This document shows positions 48,601 through 63,152 of a DNA stretch of 64,000 nt, in pieces. The notes below the pieces were generated by a model. That model saw nothing but the letters and a program-made list of their open reading frames with translations, had not been told where the DNA came from and did not search any database. Origin of the DNA: Liolophura sinensis (Eukaryota); contig NC_088295.1 of assembly GCF_032854445.1 (NCBI RefSeq), positions 28,756,498-28,820,497 on the forward strand. Direction: 5' to 3'. The first letter of the stretch is position 1. Each line of letters opens with the position of its first letter. The translations under genes and the position numbers were made by a program.

Positions 48601-49268
48601 TAAACTACAATAAATGCATCATTATGTCCAGTACAATCAGCAAGATGTCTAATGTTATCAGGAAAGCTGTATGTTTTAGGCAGTTGAAGTGAAAGTTCCT
48701 GGCATGGGGTAGGTGTAGTATGTTGAAATCCAGATAACATATACATGTACCTGTTTAAAGACCTTCGGTTCTGTTATATTAATTCCTTCCTCAAGGTTAT
48801 GTTTATTTTGTAAGTGTAATGTTTGGAATGATCAACTGAATATCACATGTTTTTGTTTTGTTTCACTGTTTGGACTTGACTGTACTACACATGGATAGAA
48901 TAGGGTATAAAATTGTCACACTACAGATGGTGCACATTGCATGCAGTACTGTGTTAGCCGTTTGCGTGCTTGCCAGGACTACGTATTTGTTTAGATTGGT
49001 TTAATGGATAAAGGTCAGGATGTAAAGAATGTGTTGAGTTTGTGAGTGTCACGTGTTGTTTAAGTTGCATTGCATACTGGGTAACATCAATATGATCATC
49101 CATGCTGAACACCGGCATGCAAAATTTAGGCACTCGCACAAGAGGCAAAGTAAGATTTCTTAAAAGCTGGGAAAGACTGCTGGAATTTAATCCAGGAGAC
49201 AATTGGATTTGATAAAGTATCAATTTGCCTAGATTCTACAGGCCTAAGCCAATTTGGTTCCGCAGCAA

Positions 49269-49295
49269 CATAGTAAAAAAAAAAAAAAAAAAAAA
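49269..49295. repeat. Poly(A) tract of about 23 nt
   Basis: A homopolymer run visible directly in the sequence. Confidence 0.9.
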
Positions 49296-51109
49296 ATCAG
49301 TTTGAAACATGCAAGCTACAAACTTGAAAAAGTCAATAAGACGTCGTATTGTGGTATTTGAAAGTATTTAAACAAGACCCTTATGTATACATGTACATGT
49401 AAAAGAGCATTGATGCAGTTTCAGCATGGTAAGGCTGACCTAGTAGCCCACCTGTATACTGGTACATGTCCTCAGTTTAAAGATATTAAAGGTGAGTCCA
49501 AGTGCATGTTTCTTGGGATGTACATGTGTAAAAGCTACATTTCCTGTATGCATGAAGTTTGTCATCACATGGACATTGTACGATGACCAGTTAACTTTAT
49601 GCTGATGGTCATTTCTTGTTACTGTCACCTGAAGAAAATGTACACTAGTTATATCCTAATCTGTAGGGTATTCTTTAAATTGAACTGAATAAAATATTAT
49701 TTTGATCTGGTGATTTTATTTGTTTTTGTAGTTGTAAAATAAAATATTCCCATAGTGTTGATTATTTAAGTGTTAATTAGTGTCTGGTATTTAGCGTAAT
49801 CCTTAACCATGGCAATATGTACACAGACATTTTAAATACACATATTTTTTAGGGGCTTCGGAAGCATTGCTTATTCATATATAGTGTTGTTGTCAGATAT
49901 TGCTGAAGATGGAATTGCATTGTGCAAATCTTTAAGTGTTTTACATGACACCTATTTCTGGGTGTTATGTAACTTGAGTGGTGGTGTTTTTTAAGGTTGG
50001 GTTTTACTCACCCACCCTGTTCCATGGCAACGATGTGGTATGTGTATGTGGCAACTGTTACATGTATGTCATCAGCAACTGCACCAGAACGATATATGAA
50101 AACACTGCCTTATTTTCTCTGCAAACACGAATTTTATATATATAACATGGGCGATGAAAACATTGTTGAATGTCTGCTGTATTGATTCCTGTACTCTAGG
50201 CTGAACTTGAGGAATTTTTAAAATTACGACTTGTAGTTGACTTTTTCTGACAGCTCATAGAAATTTGAACCTGGTTAAGTTTTTAAAGTTGCTCTGTTGT
50301 TAAATGTGAGTGGTGTTATTAAATAAGTCATAGTTATTATGCCATGTTTCCTTCTCAGATGACATACATGTATTATTGATGAAGGCAACAGCATTCATTA
50401 CACAGTCAACATGCTGTTCACCTAATGCATAGTAGTTAGCGGTTAACAATTCTTCACAAATGCCACTTTCTCTTTCTGTCATTTTGAATTGTCCAATGCA
50501 ATATATTTTTTGAAGAAGTTTTAGAACACAAAGAAATTGGTTTAGAGAAGTTTAAAACCTGAGCTAGGAGACTTAATTAGGATGTTTGTTAGGACCATTC
50601 TTGACAAGGTGTGATCATTTTTTCAACAACCTTTCTATGATTTTTCTTGGAAATAAAAATTGACCGCTGCTAAACATTGTTGAGTATTATACATGTAGTA
50701 TTGCAAACCCTTGAATATATACATGAATACATTTAGATGTGCTTACAGTTAAGGATATAAGCACTTCTAATACAACACAATTAAATAGTTTTTTTATTAG
50801 AATTATGGTCGTCTGATCTGGGTTTTGTTCTCTAAGGGTTTTGTCTTGTCCTTGAAGAGTTCTGTTTTTGGCTGGTTTTGTTCTTGAAGGGATTTGTCCT
50901 GCAGTATGTTGGGCTCACTGGGTTTTTATTCTTTATGAGAAATTATTGTTCTAAACTCGTTTCCTTGTACCTTGTTAATTTTGTTTCGAAAATGTGGAAG
51001 AAAACAGAATTGGTGTAATATATTTTACCACATACTGGAATAATGTTTTGATTAATCCTTGTCACAAATGAGTCACATGTGGAAAAGTTTGTCAGTTAGT
51101 TGCCAAATG

Positions 51110-51235
51110 GCTGGTGGTTTACTTAGGGCACTATGATTTCCTCCACCCCTGCATGGAATTGACCTCTGATGTATGAGTCAAATATTCTTGAGTACGGCGC
51201 CAATCAAAACCAATCAATCAATTAAACATCAATCC
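51110..51235 (+). mobile_element. Degenerate SINE 3' fragment
   Basis: The sequence ...tttcctccacccctgcatgg...gtcaaatattcttgagtacggcgccaatcaaaaccaatcaatcaattaaac is a weak match to the core. Confidence 0.4.
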
Positions 51236-54200
51236 CTCTTTGGTCTGGTAACTTGCATTGAATGTTTACCTCTCTCAGACACAGTGGATGTTTATTTCAA
51301 GGTACAGACATCAATAAATCTGTAGCCTGGATAAAGACAGCCTTGAACATGTACTTGAGATGGTTATTATATCTGTCTAAATGTGTTCAATTACAGGCAA
51401 AGTTTATCCTGACCTGCTGTGTTGTCTATTGATCAGTGTGCACAGTTGGACTTGTCACATCCAGGTTATACAAAGAGATATACAAAATAGAGCTCTTATG
51501 TACATGTGGAAATCGTGGTGCAGTATTCATGTACCTGGCTGCTATAAGTGAAATGTTCTTGATTGGGTGTCCAAGCGAAAAAAATAAATGCCGCTCTATA
51601 TATTCTGGTATGTGTCATAAAATACCAGGTACTCTAACACGTCTGGCGAATGCTTCCTACACAGAGAATAGAGATGCTGACTGCATGTATCGGACTGTAT
51701 ATGCAGTGATTTTTTTCACGCAACCTAACACTATTGTCGTGGAGTAACGTCATAACGTCCAGCAGGGTTATTCCAAACATAAACAAATGAAAAGCCATGG
51801 AAAATTCTACTTACAAATGTTAATTTATTTATTTTAATTTTCCATCCAAATTTTGATGATCATATCCAGTCAGAAACATCCAGTCTTGATCATTTTACGT
51901 GGCAAATAAAAAAAGTCTTTTCCGGTGCCCACATAAAAACTCTGCCTTGGTTTTTCCGATGTTTGTATGGCTCACTGGGTGCATGAGTATCTTTTAACAG
52001 GGGCAAATAAGTGTCGGAAATATTCAAGCTTGCAGTCTCATCCCGGGCTTCATGTTGTCAGTGACAGCACAAAATCGTTGAGCTAACCAAGAGTCCGTAG
52101 CTGGTAACATCCAGAATGTGTAGATGGTTTACCAAGTGCATTCACTACTACTGATTAAAATCAAAAGGGAGTAAAAGTTGATAATTAATGGAAAATAAAT
52201 ATGAATGGTGATGTGTTAGAATAGAAATAATGGCTGCATTTGCTGCCTGTATGCTGTGATAACTGCTGTAAAAAAGGGAGTCTCCATTGTTTTAGGACTC
52301 TGCCAAACAATGAACACTCCTTTTCACTGCAGCTATCACAGTGTATACACGGTAAATAAAGACATTCTTAAATAATACAGTACAATACATGTATTACAAG
52401 ATTGACAATATCAACAAAAAATGGTATTAAAAGTATACTAGCGCTTGGTAAGAACAAGGTTGTGTTAGATTTAGCCTAAGTGCTGATTTTTATCTATTTG
52501 TCAAGCAGTTTTGTAGTATACCACTATACTTCTAATTTTTGGAAATCTGGTCTGCTCTTTAGCCAATATATGCATGGAATTGTAACAGGAATACAATGTT
52601 CCTCTTTTCTCACATTGTTAGCCCATGCATCAAAAGAACAACATATCCATATCTTTACTTTTCTGAAAAAAACCTGGGAGAGAAATGCTATTTTTAGCTT
52701 TGGGCACTACTAATATCTGTCCTAAAAATAAGAAAATTATTACAGTATGTACGCAGTGTCGTTCAGATCGGAATGTGCATATAGGGTGTCTTCCTACATA
52801 TGCCATATTTACATTGAGCGTATATGGGAGAAAGTGGCAAACCCAGTACATTCCATGCACTGTATATCTCAAGTTCTGCCTATCTATTATAATGGTAGAA
52901 ATATTCTAGAGTACAGTGTAAAACACCAATCAAATAATAAATAAGTAAATACATTATAGTTGCAGAGACATTTTGGTTGAATGATTGAATGTATATAAAA
53001 ACTGCTGCATGTTAATTACTAATCATTTTATGTTCGCTTATAATTCTCTTTATGGAACTCAACCGGTTTGGCTGACTGTTACATGGAAATTGTCCTCCTG
53101 TCTCGTATAATTGCTGATGACAGGCTCTGTGAGTTACTGTTACACTCTGGACCATTCACCTCCCAAGTCTTGCAGTTGTCTGGAGATGTAATGGAAGCAG
53201 TTTATGACAGGGTTGTTTGGCGTGAGATGACTTTCATTGCGACAGTTTGGGCTGATGGATGCGTGTGACCGGTGGCTTCAACAAACGGTGCTGTACTCGT
53301 GGAGGAATTCTGCCCGATCAAAGTTTAATAGATGGAGGAAAAGATTGCTCTGAATTCTCAATAGATTGACCATTTAAAGCTCAACCCAGGGTTGAGATTG
53401 AGGTTGTGGTAAGATAGGTATGTAATTAACTGAGCTGTGACTGTAAGACAGAAGGGCAGTCCTGCTCGTCTCTGGTAGAGATCTCCCACCCATGAAATTA
53501 GGCATCAGGAAGGAGCTGAGGAGCAGCCGACAGCCTGGGGGTAATCCTTACTTAGTCAACTTACTGTCACCATTTAACCATACTGTGATGCTATAGGGCA
53601 ATATGCCAGTTCATGCTTCTTAACCATTTGACACCTCTGTTAAAGTTCTGTTTTTAAGCTGCCACATGTACATGTAGCTCTAAAAGTCACTCTGTGTCTG
53701 TCTGTAGACCTGTTGGTCAGTCTTTGTTTGATCAGACTTCTTACACCACGTATCTTTTGATGCAGGCAGTTCAACCAGACTTTCGACATCCTATCTTTTA
53801 ACATGGGTCATTCATTTTTATGAAGGGCCTGAGTGCACAACAATATCCTGTTTAAGTGCAATGATCGAGTCAGCTAGGGCAGGTTTGTGTTTTTTTTCTT
53901 TTTGTCAAAAGTGCTCTACAATATTATTTGTCTTTAACATGATGTGTGCTAATCTTCATGTACAGTTTATCTTAAAGTTGGAAACTTACTCCTATTCAGC
54001 ATGCAAGGTAACTAACTCTAGGGAACCTTTTTAAACATCCTTTGTCCTAAAATCTGTATGACAAATATGAATCTATATATGCATAATTTTGAACCTGTTT
54101 ACAGTTGTAAAGATTCAGGCTTGATACACTGTTACCTGTATGTTTTACTGTTCTTGAAGCCTTTTGATTAAGATTTACATGTGGATAGAAATACTGAAGG

Positions 54201-56389
54201 CACATCTTTAATCTAAGAATATGTGAGCAATGTATCAAAATGTTACTGTCTGTAAATGGTGAAATATTGATATTTTAACTGTGATAAAATAATACTACAT
54301 CAGTTGAACTGTCTGTCTGTGTCTTAAAAGAGTATAACTAGCACAATGATCACACCCCTCATGGTTTCAATAAAGGACACAGGAGGCAAGCCAGCAATAT
54401 GGCAGTAAACCAGCTCAAGTGCCAGTGAGAAAGGCAATGGTTGTTGTTTATGTCTCAGTCTGCACAGTACATGCCAACCTACATGTTGTTTCTGGCCCAA
54501 TTTGCACCATGCCAAGGTGATAAAACAATATTTAGGGATCGTCAAAATGAAAACAGTTTTGTAGTACTTGTACCAGAGACACAGTATGATATCAGAGGGG
54601 CTATAACAGCGCGACTTTATCTTTCATTCTCATGTCCCTCATCAACAACAAAATTCAAATGGCTTCCAGTGATGACAGACTTGAAGATTAACTTGTTGTC
54701 TTGGTATTTATAGAAAAGTCAAATCAGTGCATTTGCACTTGTAATTTGTAAATGGAAATGTAACCTTGTTATCTCTGAGATTCTGGAAATATGAAGGTAT
54801 TAGTTATGTTAGATCATAAATATAATTTTTTGACCAAAAATGTTCGTTAAAGCTTTCATGAATGTGGAAGAATTATGTGAAGACCACTTGTTACTCTCAA
54901 TATTGAAATTCTCAAAATATAACAATTTTGTCCAAAGAATATTCCTTAAAGCTATAGTTATATATATATCTGTGTATTGTCATGACTGAAGGAATATGAA
55001 AACTATCTGTATAGGTAACTTTAAATATTGAAATTCTCATCTAGGGTGGATTTCTATGTAGTCAGTACACTATTTGCATCTGCCTCTTAGAATGTCCGCC
55101 TAGAAGAAAGCCTAGAAGATTTAATTAGTTTAGCAAGAAAAGTAATTAAGATGGACACCAAATTAAGTGGAGAGAGAGAAGGTTGCTCTGTTGTTCTTTG
55201 ATTGTTCCTGTGTTAGCACAGTTTCCAGAGACTCAAAACTGCTAATTACATGTATGTGCTGCATGATTGCAGTGACATTTTGCAGTGTTGTTCTTCATTC
55301 TCTTCATAGATGTACACGCTAACCGATTTTCACAAATATATCCATTTGTGTTTCCCCAGTTACAATGAAGAGTTTTTCATCCATTATAAGCCTTGTTGAG
55401 GCTTCTTAATACCTACAAAACATATTGTTCATACAGCCTGACTGTGCTGTGAAATGTTGATGTCACTACACATAAGGTGGTCATAATGCTGTCTTATTGC
55501 TAATCTGCATATTATGTCTAAATTGAACAGGTCATAATTTTTCTCATGCCTGTAGAGTCAGTCACCCAACATAAATACACTAATTTGTAACCAGACATAC
55601 ATGATATTGTATGTACTGGAGCTCAGTTGGAAAGGTTGATAGTTGGTCATCTAAGGACAAATGGGCGATATCCTTGCCTCTTAAGCTAATTGTTTTATGT
55701 GGGATAAACTGGATGCACAAACTGGAAGAACCATTTATGGCTGGTATTGGATGGTGGGCACCAGCCATTTAGCCAATTCTGTCTGTACCATGGACAAGGC
55801 CCTGTAATAGGTAGTTGTCTGGGAGTGTAAGCTCAGACTGATCTGACAGTCCTACCTATGGATCAGTGAGCATCTGACAGTGGGACTGGTTAGGGGCAGG
55901 AGCTTAGACAGGTGGCCCTGACAGGTGAACCAGCAGGCTTGTTGGGATTGCCCAGGCTACACCAGCCCTGCTGTCCCTACTCCCTCTCCCCTTGGTACAC
56001 CAGGCTCATTCTCAGCTGTGACCAGCTTATCACTAAACTTTGACTTGTATAATATCAGGGCCACTCTATATTGACTTTCTGATGCAGAGTTTTTGCTCCC
56101 AGTGTCAGAGTCATTTAACTGTTGGTATGAGAGATGATAATTCCCTTAAGGGTTTTTAGCGAATGTGAATAATTTTTCAGTTCAGCTTTTCAGTTTTTTC
56201 GAAGACATTTTATTGAACACTGACAGTTTGTGTTGAACGTCCTGATGCAGTATGGTGCAATGGAAGCTAAGTGGATTCTATACAATTGCACAGTTAATTC
56301 TTTAAAGAAATCTGAGCTGATGTTGTCATGCTGTTGTGTGAATTCTTCTGTATTATTCTCCATCTATGTAAACATGACAGCCTTCATAT

Positions 56390-56440
56390 AAGACAAAAAT
56401 TCTTGAGTGGAGCGTTAAAACCAATCAAATCCCAGCTGTT
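56390..56440 (+). mobile_element. Short SINE 3' fragment
   Basis: The sequence is catataagacaaaaattcttgagtggagcgttaaaaccaatcaaatcc. Confidence 0.35.
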
Positions 56441-59195
56441 CACTGTTAGACTTGTTACACATAGAACGCAGCTGTGGAATAAAGTTATAGCCAAAACATG
56501 TCGAGGGGGTCTTTGTAACCTTTCAGTAAGTTATCATAAAACTCTTTGTTTGTGATAGTCTGACATTATATGCATACAATGACATGCAATTCCTTGGACT
56601 GCTCTGTCTGTCTATGATGTCACAATAGCCTTTAACATGATAATATCATAAAAAAAGATGTAGTGAATTATGAAGTCAAATGGATCAGCTATCATTTTAA
56701 AAAAAAAGGTCTGTACATGGACAGTAATTGCCAAGATTATTTTTTGCATACATTCATGCAAGTGTATAATGTATGTCGACTGTTGATCTGTACTAAAGTC
56801 TTTCTGACATTGAAAACATCCCAACACCCTTGTAAAAAATATAAAAAAAGAAAACACGTTTTAAAAAAAAACATAAAAAAAAAACACCATAATGAAGTTG
56901 ACCAGCATGAGGTGGAATAATTCCAGCGAATATTTCATCATGTTGTGAAATCTTCTCATATTCTCACCTTGTGCTCATGATTAAAATGAATTTTTGTTGA
57001 TTGATTTGACACTTTAGGGAGATGCATTTAATTAATCAAGCACAGCTCTCTACGGTTTTCTTTGAAGGAATGTTACTTTTTATACAAGTAATGTTATTAG
57101 AGTGATGAAAGCTATCGAAAATCATTTTTAATTTTCACCAACTTTTCCATAATTTACGGTCATGCCATTTTCTACAGTTGATCCAAAAGATATGCAGTGT
57201 TGTGTTAGGTGCTAAGTCAGAATTAATGCAGGACTCAACATGCATGTGCACTCGCAAGCAGTGGATGAAATCACTGCTCACGTAGTGGGTGTCACATCTC
57301 TTCTTTCCTCCATTTTACACATTATAGCATCTCTTGTGCAATTTTTTGGCTCTAAAATGCCAAGTGTCAGATAGGCGTTGTCATTTATCATCAGTGTTGG
57401 TTATTGGACGAGTTCAAAATGGAAAACACAGTTTACTTCACTACATCATCTTTATCAATCACCGCTTACAAAATTAATTACGAGTTTTACCAGCTTCTTT
57501 CTGTTTTCACTTTCCAAGGCGGCTTCTGCTGCAGGCCATGGCTGTATCATAGGGTGAAGTCTGTATAATATTACATGGTCTAGGGGTGCTGTTTTTTTAA
57601 GAGATGCTAAGGCTCACCAGAAATCATTTAAAAAAAGAAAGTTTTTTTTTTGTGGAAGGATAAGTGAGTGTATCTGCTCATCCCATCTCTGAACCCGCAT
57701 GATTTACCTGATCTTCGTCTTGACATGTAACCCAAAGGAAATCCTGTTAGAACCTCTTTCCACTTTAGCCCAGCTTATGGGCTTGAACATTTGCAGGCAT
57801 GGCTCACACTATAAGTGTGGCCCTATGACTAGTGGTACAAGTTTTTACCCATATGTCAATAGCCCTACATCCTATGTTTGTGGTGAGTTGACCTTCACAA
57901 AGGCGCTGGATCGGATCAACAATCAACGCTGCCGCTGGTAATTGTTTGCATTGTATTTCAACTTAGTCTAATTTGTTTTTCTGTATTATTTTCTCTTTCT
58001 GACTTGACCAACACGTAGGTTAACAAAGATTGACTGTCAGATCCAAAAAATATCCAAATGAATGTCAATGTAATTATTGTTCAGTTCAGTACTTTCAGCG
58101 TAGCTAGTTTTTGTAATACAAGTGTTGGATTGCTACTCATGACACCATATACATCTTATAGTGTTTTTACATTGTATTTTTGATTAGCTGTCCTCTGTCC
58201 ATAAACTGACTTGTATAAATGAAAAATCCTTCGTTAGAGCACTAAATACCACTCTTGGATAACGGTTTAATTCTAGCGCTCTGGTTTTGTGTACCTTTAA
58301 AGCTGATTGCCAATGTGTAAATAAAGCAGTGCAAACTCTTCAAAAACTGACACCCTGCAAAATGTCTTGGACTAGTTTGTCTGGCATTCTGGACTCATTG
58401 ATAAATAAATGAATAGCCTGGCCTTGTTAAAAGATATATATCAACAGTTTTATCAGCAGACTGACTGACAGACTGACAGAATAGGCAGTACTGGCAAATT
58501 TTTGTCACCATAAAACCGCTTGACTATGGCACTGAAAAAGTGAACTACACGTAAGTAAAGGAATACCTATATATAAATTGTCCATTTTTACACTAAAATG
58601 AGCCTTGAAAGTGTAATCTGTTGTTATAACTGGCTAAGACGATGTATGGTGTCTGTAAGTGTATGGTATCTGTGAGTAGCTATAAGGTATTGGAACTTGG
58701 CCCAGTCTTTACCAGTGTGTTCATGTGTATAGACCCATGAGTGGTGTAGCAGACGTATGGTTATCAGGGTGGGGGATGTTGGGCGAAGTAATGGCTATAC
58801 TGTATTCACTCAGGTGTAGTAGATAATTGTGAAGACACAATTCCTGTGGCATATGGTACTTAAACATTCATCTATAGTAATGATGTTGACATGTTTCTAT
58901 CACATTAGTGTCTGGAGGTTGGGGTGTTGATGCAGGCATGGAAGTGTAGGATGGCTAATCCGATTGTGCTAACTTCCTGGGAAATCATTGTAAGGTACGA
59001 TCGTTAGTCCAAGTGTAGCAGATATGTGAAAGTCATTGGATGATGCGAGTATAAGCTATCCCCAAGCGTCACAAAGATGCCTTCCAGACATTTGGACCAT
59101 TCAGACATGTAAACTCACAGACTGCTTGTTAAAGTAGTAGTTCTTCTCTCTCCATAATAATGCTTGAAAATGGACTGTATTTCACTTACAGTTAG

Positions 59196-59469
59196 GGGGC
59201 CTCCGTGGCTCAGTCGGTTGGCGCGCTAGCGCAGCGTAATGACCCAGGAGCCTCTCACCAATGCGGTCGCTGTGAGTTCAAGTCCAGCTCATGCTGGCTT
59301 CCTCTCCGGCCGTAAGTGGGAAGGACTTCCAGCAACCTGCAGATGGTCGTGGGTTTCCCCCGGGCTCTGCCCGGTTTCCACCCACCATAATGCTGGCCGC
59401 CGTCATATAAGTGAAATATTCTTGAGTACGGCGTAAAACACCAATCAAAAAAAAAACAAAAAAAAAAAC
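59196..59469 (+). mobile_element. SINE, intact full-length copy with a poly-A tail. It is flanked by an 11-bp target-site duplication, cttacagttag (59185-59195 and 59470-59480).
   Basis: The sequence is gggcctccgtggctcagtcggttggcgcgctagcgcagcgtaatgacccaggagcctctcaccaatgcggtcgctgtgagttcaagtccagc...ccataatgctggccgccgtcatataagtgaaatattcttgagtacggcgtaaaacaccaatcaaaaaaaaaacaaaaaaaaaaa. It has a tRNA-like head with an A box (TGGCTCAGTCGG) and a B box (GTTCAAGTCC). The identical flanks cttacagttag are visible directly in the sequence. Confidence 0.9.
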
Positions 59470-60989
59470 TTACAGTTAGACACTTTTCAAGTGACACATT
59501 TCATTTCATTCTGATTGATTCATTTATCTTTTATTGCCAGTTCAGAAAATTTTGTTAAGTGTGATTACATGTAATTTCTTAATATCAGAAAACATAAGTG
59601 TTGGCATAAAAAGTATCATTTTAAATCCTTTATGTGTTTCTGAAAGTGCATTTTAACATACCAAACTTGAGGTGATATACGGTAGCTGGTATGTATAAGC
59701 TCATTTCTTAATGCCATTTAAATTTCCATCATGTCTTCAGTCTCAAGCAATCTAAAATCAAGAAAATAAGCACTTAATTCTCAATTATTGATATTTATTA
59801 TTTCTTATACATGTAGCTGACAGTAGAAACACAATCTCATACAGCATCCCAATGTTACAGTTTATTTGTCAAAAAGTTTTAAAATGTGTTTGTATGGCTT
59901 CCTTATCATAGATCACAAAGGGAATTCAGTGTCTCTCAAACATTTTTTATCTAAAGTATAATATTGTGTTTATGCTATTTTTTGAAAACATCTTTGCAGC
60001 AGAGATTAGGTTTACCCAACTAGCACATATTCTTTGATGATTGCGGTGATAATAACAGTGGTGTATTTCCTATGCTATAAACGTTTGCCAGTTCTTTTCT
60101 TCTTGATAGATTTTTGGGGTGTCCACTCTTTCATCTTCAGGGATAAATTTGTTCTCAAGTACAGTAGTTTTTTGTCATCATTGTTATTTTGTGTTTTGCA
60201 AGTTTTTAAATCATGTAATGGGGTGATACATTTTCCCTTCTATATGTAAAACATTTCCTTCACTGAGGAAAGTGATGGTTTTAGTCTGTGGACTTTCCAC
60301 ATTCACCATTTTGAATATACTGTTCTAATTTTTGGTGCACATGTAAATGGTCATCACCCATCCATATGGACACTCATGTTACTAAGCTATCATACTTGTA
60401 ACTCAAGTAACTGGTTCCTCAGATGTGATGTGACCATTAGTGGCTTCATAGGGGGGTGGAAATTTCATTTACTATTTCTTAATTACTTCAGTACCTTAAG
60501 GCAGCTTCTCAAGTTTACCCAGATCCTGTTGACTCCTCTGTTGCTGAGGTAATTAGTTTTTAAGGAAGCTAGCCCAAGCCACATACTCTGTCCCTCGGTG
60601 TCTTATGATTTATATTGTCCTACTGTACACTGCGCTAAAAATACCAACTTGTTGTTCAGGAAACTAACTGATAATATCTATCTAATCTGTAGAAGATTGG
60701 GGATTATTGATCCTATATTCAGTCATAATTCTGACTTCATGAAGAAATGTGGAGAGTATTTGCACCGTTGATCTTGAAAAAGTCACATTTTTATTCTATG
60801 GAATGTCCCCAGATTTACATGATTAACCTGACAGGTGATTTTAAGTGATATCACATTTACGTATATATCTTTTGAACTGAGCTCATGCGTATGTGGACAA
60901 ATCAACCCCAAATCTAATTGAAAGAGTTTGGAAAGAAGATGACTATATCATTGTAATAAGGGTCCCTTAGTTTGCTGGCTCAACATTAG

Positions 60990-61160
60990 CTGCCGTAATT
61001 CATAAACTGTTTCAACATAATTTGTACAGTTTTTGGAAGACACAAGCAAATCATTTTAGCCTCATTTTCATAATAATTATATTGCATAAATTCCACTGAT
61101 AAGAGTACGTCAGTGGTTTAAAAATATTTACAGTATATACTCATTTGTTGTAAGTCAGTG
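60990..61160 (+). repeat. Dispersed repeat family B, copy 3 (more diverged)
   Basis: The sequence is caaatcattttagcctcattttcataataattatattgcataaattccactgataagag...tttacagtatatac. Confidence 0.55.
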
Positions 61161-61654
61161 TACATTATTGGTAATTCTTTGATCCATGTCTTAGATTACT
61201 TTTCCCCAGCAAATGTTCATGAGGTTGTCCTTTCACTTGATCAGGGCAGTCCAAGTGATATGTATTTGAAGTCTTCTACTCTCACAATCTGATTCACTGT
61301 GATTTGACAGATGTAATGCTTAGATTGACTTAAAGACGGCTGGTTAAGGGTTTTTGTAGCATGCTTGTGTTTTAGATCTGCTAAAAGGTAAGCTGGTTGA
61401 TGTTAGTAGTCTTTCCTCTCCAGTAGCTCAAAGAGTTAATTTATTTGTACTCCATCAATCCTAGATACTAACTTTTCAACCAAACCCAGACTAGATAATT
61501 CATTTTTAGCACCAAACCATGTTACTGTCAATAACATGGTAAACATTCAAAGTTACATAGTTTCTAGCTTATCAAACCTTTTAATACAGTACTTTACTTG
61601 TATTACATTGTGTTACGACTATATCATTGTGTGTCCCATCTCCTGAGCATTGGG

Positions 61655-61820
61655 TTTTGATTTATTTATTTATTTACTTGATTGGTGTTTTACGCCATAC
61701 TCAAGAATATTTTCCTTATATGACAGCAGCCAGCTTTATGGTGGGAGGAAACGGGGCACAACTCTGGGAAAACCCACGACCATCCACAGGTTGCTGACAG
61801 ACCTTTCCAAGTTGGCCGAG
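61655..61820 (-). mobile_element. SINE, partial (minus orientation) with a (TTTA)n tail
   Basis: The sequence is ttgatttatttatttatttacttgattggtgttttacgccatactcaagaatattttccttatatgacagcagccagctttatggtgggaggaaacggggcacaactctggg... Confidence 0.75.
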
Positions 61821-62934
61821 TTGAGTTTTTTAATTATTTTTGACAAAAACTACTCGAACATACATTTTGTCAACTCCCATGAAAATCCCTATTTCAGATC
61901 CAGCAGCTATAACCTTTCTTCATCGTACAAATTTGTTTTGCTCTGGTAATGAGTATCTGCTGCCTTTGTAAGTGAGAAAAACATATTAAAACCCTGAACG
62001 AGACACAAGTCTGAGAATAATGGGGTTATGATTGGTCTTTGTTGGCAGTCACATTTGGTCAAACTATCGAGAATGGAGGTTTGTGTCTGTGGGATGTGCT
62101 TTGTACGAGCCATAACTGCTGCAGGCTGCCTCTGCCTCCTTGCTCTTTGCATATACATGTAAAGCCAGCTTGTCCTGTGCTAGGGAAATGGTCCAGCATG
62201 GAGAACCATTGTCAACAGAATCACAAATCTCATGTGTTTGGAACGAGCATGACGAATTCCCTCATGGGCCATTCAGATTGAACCATTTGTAGATTTGCAT
62301 GCTTTCCGAGAGACATTGTTAGTTATGTATTATTAATGGGCCAGGGACTGTTGGAGGTAGCAGAGGCGTAGCATGCAACATTAGGTTGATGGTGGTAACC
62401 TGATGGTAACGAGTCCCACAGAGATGCCGCTCTCCAGCTCTGATATGATTAATTTGGACTTCAAGCGAAATGATTTTACCTTTTCATACAGAATGTTACA
62501 TACATGTAAATGAGTACTGAAATAATTGATCTTCTGAGAATGGCCATTCGACCATTGGATAGCAACATGAGTCGATAACAGCCAGTTATATTGCCTGTTG
62601 TTCTGTGCAATACATCCAGCACTTGTGCGGGGATTTTAGGAATGTGGTTTGAAGTGTTTTGTAACATATGCATTTTAATATAAGTGTGGGATGTTCATGC
62701 ATTTTTAATCTGTCAGTGAAATTTCCTCAGTCCATGCGAATGCCATGTGTATTAGATTTATCAGTGTGGATTTTAGTGCAAATAAACCCAAACCAGCCTG
62801 ATGACTGCATCCACCATTTGAGAAGCTGCCCCAGTTCTGAAGCTGTTGTATTCTGTAAGAAGAGTTCAGTGAGAAGGATTTAAGATAATCTAGATCGCTT
62901 TTGTAATGGTTTCCTAAATGTTAAACAGTTTGCA

Positions 62935-62995
62935 AGATATCAATTATTTATTTTATTTACTTGATTTATTTTGGCGCTTTATGCCACACTACATT
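62935..62995 (-). mobile_element. Short degenerate SINE tail fragment (minus orientation)
   Basis: The sequence is ttatttattttatttacttgatttattttggcgctttatgccacactacattatatt. Confidence 0.3.
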
Positions 62996-63152
62996 ATATT
63001 TTGCTTTTGAAGACTTTTCAGTAGTGCCCATTAAATGTTGGCATTCCTTGTTTCTCTCTTTGACCCATACAATTTTTGACAATATGGCCTCATAAACTTC
63101 AACCCTATCATAATAGTTTCATTGAGACGATTTATAAATGGCTATTGAATGG

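Noticed and set aside
59198-59270. The tRNA-like sequence at the head of the SINE, considered as a possible genuine tRNA gene
   Set aside because: It is the 5' module of the SINE, continuous with the conserved SINE body and poly-A tail. The acceptor-stem and anticodon-arm pairing are degenerate. Similar heads recur at 4752, 9967 and 10482 and in minus orientation at 45432-45690.
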